A DNA stretch of 49,541 nucleotides from Candidatus Parcubacteria bacterium (GTDB lineage Bacteria > Patescibacteriota > Patescibacteriia > Buchananbacterales > SURF-54): positions 1-49,541 of the forward strand of contig QZIX01000014.1 of assembly GCA_003599635.1 (NCBI GenBank), in the 5' to 3' direction. Shown piece by piece: positions 44,108-49,541 of this stretch. Under the pieces are notes generated by a model. The model was given only the letters and a program-made list of their open reading frames with translations, made no database searches and had not been told where the DNA came from. Position 1 is the stretch's first letter. The number at the start of each line of letters is the position of its first letter. The translations under genes and the position numbers were made by a program.

Positions 44108-45460
44108 ATGAAATTATTCTGGAGACGTTCAATTTATATTGCTTTTTTTGGCATTTTTTTTATTCTGGCGCCGTTTCTGGTCATCAGTTCGTCGGGTTTT
44201 AGGCTTAATTTAAAAAAGATGCGCCTGGAAAAAATCGGCATCCTGGTTTTTGAAACAAAACCAAAAGAGGCAAATATTTATATTGACGGCAAAAAAATAG
44301 CCGACAAAACACCTGCTCAGTTTAATAATTTTTTTCCGGGCAATTATAACGTCATTATCGAAAAGCCGGGCTACTATCCCTGGAACAAGACCCTGACGGT
44401 CAAAAGCCAGGAAACCACTTTTGCCAAGGGTATAATACTATTTAAAAAATCACTGCCGGTGTTAAAAATAGAATCTTTAACCGACAATCTTAAATATATC
44501 GGAAATAAACAGTCGATAATTTACGTCAATAAAAACAACGAACTTGAAATTTATAATCTGTCAAGCAAACAGACAAAAACCGTTTTGGAATTGCAAAAAG
44601 ATGAATCAGCTGATCTGAAAAATTCAATCATTTCCCCGGAGGGAAACAAACTGGCGCTTGAGATAGGTTTTCATAATACCATAAGCCTTGCGGTTATCGA
44701 TCTTAACAGCGGCAATATCATAAAACTACAAAAAATAACCGGATCAGACCTGACCCGGTTAAAATGGGACTTGAATAATGAAAACCTTATCTACGGCATA
44801 ACCGACCAGTCGCTGTACCGGATAGATTTAACTTCACAGACAGCAGAAAAAATTCTTGCCAAACCTTTAAAGGATTATCTTATTAACGGATTCAATATTT
44901 ATTATATTACGGAAAATAATTTTTTGGTACAACAGCGTCTCTATGACAAAACCTTAAATGAAATAAAACTGCCTCCTGATTCGGATTATTTTCTTTCGGA
45001 GCTAAAAAACGGTTTGCTGATCCTTCACGATTCGAAAAATTCCGATCTTATGGCCCTTGATGAAGATGCATTCTTTGAACCGCAAAAAATCGATCAAAAT
45101 ATACTGCTCCAAATAAAAGCCGACAAAACCAGCCTGAATGATGATAAAACCGATCTCCTTTACTATACTGATTTCGAACTTGCAATCTATGATTTTAAAT
45201 CGAAAAAAGAATATTTACTGACCCGTCTTAGCGAAGAAATTGACAATGCTTTCTGGTTCAGCGACAACAAATACGTACTTTATGAAAGCGGCGGGAAGAT
45301 AAAAATAATTGAACTTGATTCAAAAGACAGAAGAATCGATATAACACTGGCAACAGCCGATGAAATTTTCGTTTCTTTTTTCAATCCTGTGGACAATAAA
45401 ATTTATTTTACCGGAAAAATAGGCCATCAGATTGGATTATTTGAGCTGGAGACAATATAA
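44108..45460 (+). CDS. Membrane-anchored PEGA-domain protein with beta-propeller-like C-terminus
   Basis: N-terminal TM; G.LVFETKPKEANIYIDG...TP......PG.Y.V.IEKPGY.PW.K; then ISPEGNKL and WFSDNKYVLY repeats. Confidence 0.82.
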   Translation: MKLFWRRSIYIAFFGIFFILAPFLVISSSGFRLNLKKMRLEKIGILVFETKPKEANIYIDGKKIADKTPAQFNNFFPGNYNVIIEKPGYYPWNKTLTVKSQETTFAKGIILFKKSLPVLKIESLTDNLKYIGNKQSIIYVNKNNELEIYNLSSKQTKTVLELQKDESADLKNSIISPEGNKLALEIGFHNTISLAVIDLNSGNIIKLQKITGSDLTRLKWDLNNENLIYGITDQSLYRIDLTSQTAEKILAKPLKDYLINGFNIYYITENNFLVQQRLYDKTLNEIKLPPDSDYFLSELKNGLLILHDSKNSDLMALDEDAFFEPQKIDQNILLQIKADKTSLNDDKTDLLYYTDFELAIYDFKSKKEYLLTRLSEEIDNAFWFSDNKYVLYESGGKIKIIELDSKDRRIDITLATADEIFVSFFNPVDNKIYFTGKIGHQIGLFELETI

Positions 45461-45496
45461 AAAAAGGCCCCGTTAAGCCCGTTTTCTAAACTTCCC

Positions 45497-46210
45497 CTAT
45501 TTTCCGGCAACAAGTTTCGCGGCTTCAAAAAGACTGTCAAAGGATTCGCCGGCATCGCCCCAAAAGCCGTTTAAAACTTCGTATTCCATTTCATTTTTGC
45601 TGATGTAAAAATTATTGACATCGGTAATTTCCATCTCCCCCCGGGCGGAAGGTTTTAAACCGTCTATAACATTCCAGACCTGCTCGTCGAACATATAAAC
45701 GCCTATTACGGCCAGATTGGTTTTCGGTTGCGCAGGTTTTTCCACTATGCGGATTATTTTATTTTCCTTGATTTCGGCTATGCCGTATGACTGCGGATTT
45801 TTCACTTCTTTAAGAAAAACCTTGGCGCCTTTTTTTCTACCGCCAAATTCCAACGCTGACTTTTTCAGGTTGTCTTCGATTATATTGTCGCCTAAAATGA
45901 CGACGATTTTTTCGCTATCGGCAAAATCGCGGCACAATCCCAATGCCTGGGCGATACCACCGGCTTCTTCCTGAACGCCATAAGAAAAATTAGCGCCGAA
46001 TTCACTGCCTGATTTTAAAAGTTCCAGAAATTGTCCGGCATGCCCTTTGCCCGAAACTATCATTATTTCAGTAATTCCCGCGGAAACCAAAGTCTGAATA
46101 GGATAAAAAATCATCGGTTTATTGTAAACCGGCAGTAAATGCTTGTTGGTTACTTTTGTCAGCGGCGACAAACGGCTTCCCGTTCCGCCCGCTAAAATTA
46201 TGCCTTTCAT
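45497..46210 (-). CDS. rfbA: Glucose-1-phosphate thymidylyltransferase (short form)
   Basis: MKGIILAGGTGSRL.PLT...NKHLLPVYNKPMI.YP, QEEAGGIAQA, LKPSARGEMEITD, WGDAG. Confidence 0.9.
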   Translation of the reverse strand: MKGIILAGGTGSRLSPLTKVTNKHLLPVYNKPMIFYPIQTLVSAGITEIMIVSGKGHAGQFLELLKSGSEFGANFSYGVQEEAGGIAQALGLCRDFADSEKIVVILGDNIIEDNLKKSALEFGGRKKGAKVFLKEVKNPQSYGIAEIKENKIIRIVEKPAQPKTNLAVIGVYMFDEQVWNVIDGLKPSARGEMEITDVNNFYISKNEMEYEVLNGFWGDAGESFDSLFEAAKLVAGK

Positions 46211-46512
46211 AGTTTTTTATATTTTTTTGTCCCGGATGTACCTTCTGACAAACTTATTTATATCGTCCAAGCATGATAATCAGCTACATTACCTTTAATA
46301 CAAATACCTTTGCCCAAATTTGAATATTCATCAAATACTCCATAAAGGCATCTAGTACCACATCAGTTTCTTCTTACAGCTAACTAACTGCTACTGAAAG
46401 TTTATTTAAAAAATTATTTTTTGTCAATATAAAAAAAGGCCTAAGAATTTATTTATTCCCAGGCCGTCGTTTTGCTTAAAGAACATACTGTCATAAAACT
46501 TTCAAATCTTAG

Positions 46513-46761
46513 TCAAGGGAAAATAACATCGTAGTTTTTTACCAGTTGAAACTCAAGCTGTTTCCACTCGTCCGGGCTAAGTTCCAACCTGTCTTTTTTG
46601 CAGACTTGATCTTTAATTTTTGTCCTGACCCTCCTTCTCTGCTCTTCTGTTGATTCCGGATTTTTTTCAAGCCATTCCAGATAAGACAACTTCATTTCCG
46701 CTTCAAATGCCAAAAGCTTCCAGTCTTTCGTCTTTAAAACCCGCTCGTCCTGATCCGGCAT
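46513..46761 (-). CDS. Hypothetical small charged protein
   Basis: 82-aa ORF with purine-rich leader (aagggagaaggga), preceded by an imperfect hairpin (about 46803-46836); no recognised motif. Confidence 0.5.
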   Translation of the reverse strand: MPDQDERVLKTKDWKLLAFEAEMKLSYLEWLEKNPESTEEQRRRVRTKIKDQVCKKDRLELSPDEWKQLEFQLVKNYDVIFP

Positions 46762-46864
46762 TTTTAGATTCCCTTCTCCCTTAAGAGTTATTAATTAAAA
46801 AACCCTCCTTCATTTACTAAATATGACGAAGAGGGAAATTAAATTACCTGAAATTTTATTTTAA

Positions 46865-47728
46865 TCAAATTAATTTGTCATTAAGATAATTTTTTAATGC
46901 TTCCTGCCAAGGTCTTAATTTTTTGAATTTAGTGTTTAAAAGCACGCCGTGCGCCGGACGGTTTACTTTCTGCCTGCGTTTCAAAGTAGCCACGGGAATA
47001 ATCGGTATTTTTACACCCTTTATCCTGAATGCCTCCTGCGCCAGCTCAAACCATGAAACTCCGCAACTCAACGATTCATTGACCAGATGATAAATTCCGC
47101 ACGGCGCGTTATTTTCCAGCAGATCTCGGGTTGCTTTTGCCAAATCATAAGAAAAAGTCGGCCTGCCGTACTGATCATTTACCACCTCGATTTTTTCTTG
47201 TTTTCGGGATAATTCAAACATCACGTCGACAAAATTGACTCCCCTGGGCTTGCCTTTCTGCCGGCTTTTCCCGTACAGCCATGAGCTACGGATCAAATAA
47301 AAATTACGGCAGTTTTCACTTAGCAACCTTTCTCCCATGGCCTTTGACTTTCCATAATTATTTAAAGGATTTGGCAATTCTTCTTCCGAATAGCCGTTTT
47401 TATTTCTGCCGTCAAAGACATATTCCGTGCTGTAATGAACCAAAATTGCGTTATTATCCTCTGCCGCCTGCGCCAGATATCCAACCGCATCGCCGTTGAC
47501 TTTAAACGCCGAGCCGCAGTTTTCTTCCGCACCTTCTACGTCTGTAAAGCCTGCGGCATTGATGATAATTTCAGGTTTAATCAGCTTTATTTTTTCTTTT
47601 ACCTGCTTTTCATCGGTTATGTCCAAATCAGACCGGTCAAAGCAGACAGGATTCTTTCCGCTAAAAACCTGTGCCAGGTCAGAACCCAGCATGCCTTTTG
47701 CTCCGAGAATTAAAATTTTCTTTTCCAT
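46865..47728 (-). CDS. rfbD: dTDP-4-dehydrorhamnose reductase
   Basis: ILGAKGMLG, LDIT, INAAGFTDV, HYSTEYVFDG, PLNNYGKSK, IRSSWLYG, DQYGRPT, RPAHGVL. Confidence 0.95.
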   Translation of the reverse strand: MEKKILILGAKGMLGSDLAQVFSGKNPVCFDRSDLDITDEKQVKEKIKLIKPEIIINAAGFTDVEGAEENCGSAFKVNGDAVGYLAQAAEDNNAILVHYSTEYVFDGRNKNGYSEEELPNPLNNYGKSKAMGERLLSENCRNFYLIRSSWLYGKSRQKGKPRGVNFVDVMFELSRKQEKIEVVNDQYGRPTFSYDLAKATRDLLENNAPCGIYHLVNESLSCGVSWFELAQEAFRIKGVKIPIIPVATLKRRQKVNRPAHGVLLNTKFKKLRPWQEALKNYLNDKLI

Positions 47729-48402
47729 GTCTTTGACAGTAATTTGGCAATTTTGTTTTTATATTCAAGCTGCTCTGCTATCGGATTGATCAGCTCCAAA
47801 CAAATGTACCGGGAAAAATATGATTGTGGCAGCTTATGCAGATAATTGAAGTTTTCATCTTTTTTTGCCAGATGATCGCTTTCTCCGTCTGGCAGAATAA
47901 CACTTAAATGATTACAGCCGATTTCATATTTTTTTAAAGCTTGTTTCGTCATTTTTAAAAAAATCGGACGCTTGCGGCTGTCTTCAAAAAAATGAGCCAA
48001 ATCCAGACAAATTCCTTTAAACAGCCTTATCTTTTCTGAAAGCGCTTTTTCATCAGAATTGAAGCTGTTTTCAATAAATATTTTGTTTCGATAAACGGAA
48101 GCTATAAAATCTGAAATAAATTCCTGATGAGTGGTAAAAGCCCGGGTATTATAATTTTTTATCAAGTAGGTCATTTCTTCGTCCGTCATTTCGCTCATCA
48201 AATGCACATGGGGGATAAATTTAACGCAACTACTTTTCAACTGCCTGTATATACGGCTGCGGTCTGGTTTTGCGGTTGCGGTTAAAAATAAAGAAACTTT
48301 TTCAAGCTTTAGTTTTCTGACGTCACTTATCATTTGCTCCCAGTTACCGCGATAAGTGACAATCGAAGGATAAATTATTTCTAATATTTCGTTTTCCGTC
48401 AT
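47710..48402 (-). CDS. Hypothetical protein, possible metal-binding TIM barrel (AP-endonuclease-2 / xylose-isomerase-like)
   Basis: IPHVHL, FTTH, IFIENS, ICLDLAH, CNHLS; overlaps both rfbB and rfbD. Confidence 0.55.
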   Translation of the reverse strand: MTENEILEIIYPSIVTYRGNWEQMISDVRKLKLEKVSLFLTATAKPDRSRIYRQLKSSCVKFIPHVHLMSEMTDEEMTYLIKNYNTRAFTTHQEFISDFIASVYRNKIFIENSFNSDEKALSEKIRLFKGICLDLAHFFEDSRKRPIFLKMTKQALKKYEIGCNHLSVILPDGESDHLAKKDENFNYLHKLPQSYFSRYICLELINPIAEQLEYKNKIAKLLSKTWKRKF

Positions 48403-49421
48403 CTGATTTGCGCCTTTCCGTACTGAAGCTGGTAATATTTTTTATATTCACCTGATTTTATTTTCTGCCACCATTCCTTATTATCCCGATACCACTTGAT
48501 GGTCATTTCAAGATAGCTGGAAAAATCATATTCCGGCTTAAAACCCAGCTCTTTTTTGGCTTTGCTCCAGTCAACGGCGTATTTGCGGTCATGTCCCGGC
48601 CGGTCTTTGACAAAATCAATCTCTGTTTCGTGTTTGCCCAAAATTTTCAGAATCATTCTTGCTATTTCCAGATTGTTTATGTCATCCGTCATTCCTCCGA
48701 TGCAGTAAGTTTCACCAGCTTTTCCTTTTTGCAGAACCAAATCAATTGCTTTGCAATGGTCGTCAACATAAAGCCAGTCGCGAACGTATTTGCCGTCGCC
48801 GTAAATCGGGACCTTTTTACCTTCCATTAAATTAGTGATGGCCAAGGGAATCAATTTTTCGGGAAACTGATACGGACCGAAGTTATTGCTGCAATTGGTA
48901 ATTGTATATTTTAAGCCAAAAGTATTGCCATAAGCACGCACCAAATGATCCGATGCCGCCTTGGATGCCGAGTACGGGCTTTTGGGATCATAAGGAGTGC
49001 ATTCATTCCATTTAGTTTTATCATCTAACGCTAAAGAGCCGAAGACCTCATCTGTTGAAACATGATGAAAATGCTTAACCTGGTTTTTTAAAGCCGCATC
49101 AAGCAAAATTTGAGTGCCGATTACATTTGTTTTTAAAAAAATCTGCGAATCGATAATCGACCTGTCCACATGTGATTCAGCGGCAAAATGAACAACAATA
49201 TCAACTTCCTTTATTAATTCATTTACCAGATTACCGTCGCAAATATCCCCCTTTACAAATTTATATTTCGGATTGTCTTCTATTTCTTTCAGATTTTCCA
49301 GATTGCCGGCGTAGGTAAGCTTGTCTAAATTGATGATATTATCAGCAGGATGATTCTTCAGCCAATAACGGATAAAATTGGACCCGATAAACCCCGCTCC
49401 GCCGGTTATTAATAATTTCAT
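48399..49421 (-). CDS. rfbB: dTDP-glucose 4,6-dehydratase
   Basis: LITGGAGFIGSNF, DKLTYAGN, FAAESHVDRSI, STDEVFG, PYSASKA, SNNFGPYQFPEKLIP, DRPGHD. Confidence 0.97.
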   Translation of the reverse strand: MKLLITGGAGFIGSNFIRYWLKNHPADNIINLDKLTYAGNLENLKEIEDNPKYKFVKGDICDGNLVNELIKEVDIVVHFAAESHVDRSIIDSQIFLKTNVIGTQILLDAALKNQVKHFHHVSTDEVFGSLALDDKTKWNECTPYDPKSPYSASKAASDHLVRAYGNTFGLKYTITNCSNNFGPYQFPEKLIPLAITNLMEGKKVPIYGDGKYVRDWLYVDDHCKAIDLVLQKGKAGETYCIGGMTDDINNLEIARMILKILGKHETEIDFVKDRPGHDRKYAVDWSKAKKELGFKPEYDFSSYLEMTIKWYRDNKEWWQKIKSGEYKKYYQLQYGKAQIR

Positions 49422-49480
49422 ATATTTGTTGACTTTTGCTGGGTTATTTATTAATATTGATACAAATTAGGAGGTGGAAT

Positions 49481-49541
49481 ATGTGGGTGTGGCAAAAAAT
49501 CAGGCAATCAATTAAGATTTTCCAAGAAAATCGGCGTTTAC
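49481..49541 (+). CDS. 5' end of an unknown ORF, truncated by the window edge
   Basis: TTGACT-N17-TAATAT (49429-49457), SD AGGAGGT (49469-49475), ATG 49481, open to the edge (MWVWQKIRQSIKIFQENRRL). Confidence 0.55.
   Translation, partial: MWVWQKIRQSIKIFQENRRL

Noticed and set aside
46211-46512. Possible gene remnant or rfbC fragment upstream of rfbA
   Set aside because: Only a short startless minus-strand frame (GVFDEYSNLGKGICIKGNVADYHAWTI) with no cupin motif; not supportable.
1-49541. CRISPR array, rRNA, tRNA, prophage or integrase, intein in SecA
   Set aside because: No regularly spaced repeat-spacer array, cloverleaf, rRNA-like segment or phage hallmark gene was seen, and SecA is of normal length.

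Overview
AT-rich bacterial window read in standard code 11 (TAA/TAG/TGA all end core genes). Gene content and protein variants point to a Patescibacteria/CPR (Parcubacteria-like) genome; this is inference, not a database result. Left to right: secA (runs off the left edge, missed by the ORF track); a tightly coupled minus-strand run of cell-wall genes (mraY, pgeF, murD, ftsW, murG, murC, murB) continuing into hpf and a polyamine-type cassette (ECF S-component, deoxyhypusine-synthase-like, agmatinase, DUF1893); a plus-strand type IV pilus cluster (pilB, pilC, three minor pilins, pilMNO) in which one pilin carries a 7-repeat beta-propeller-like insert; a small iscR-iscU-nfu-iscS Fe-S operon with a palindromic operator; C39 peptidase, rpmA, pyrG, rplI; an accessory island (31.1-41.5 kb); then ctpA, murA, a PEGA protein and dTDP-sugar genes (rfbA, rfbD, rfbB). 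The island is the best candidate for an undescribed system. It holds three paralogous proteins with a large helical domain plus a phospho-His swivel domain, one stand-alone PEP-synthase-type ATP-binding domain coupled to acylphosphatase, a HAD-like protein, an MtxX-like protein, a SbnI/SerK-like ParB/Srx protein, a 28-codon ORF and an M29-like aminopeptidase, and is interrupted by a decayed pseudogene. No rRNA, tRNA, CRISPR array, integrase or intact transposase was recognised. All assignments come from motif recognition by eye; no searches were run.
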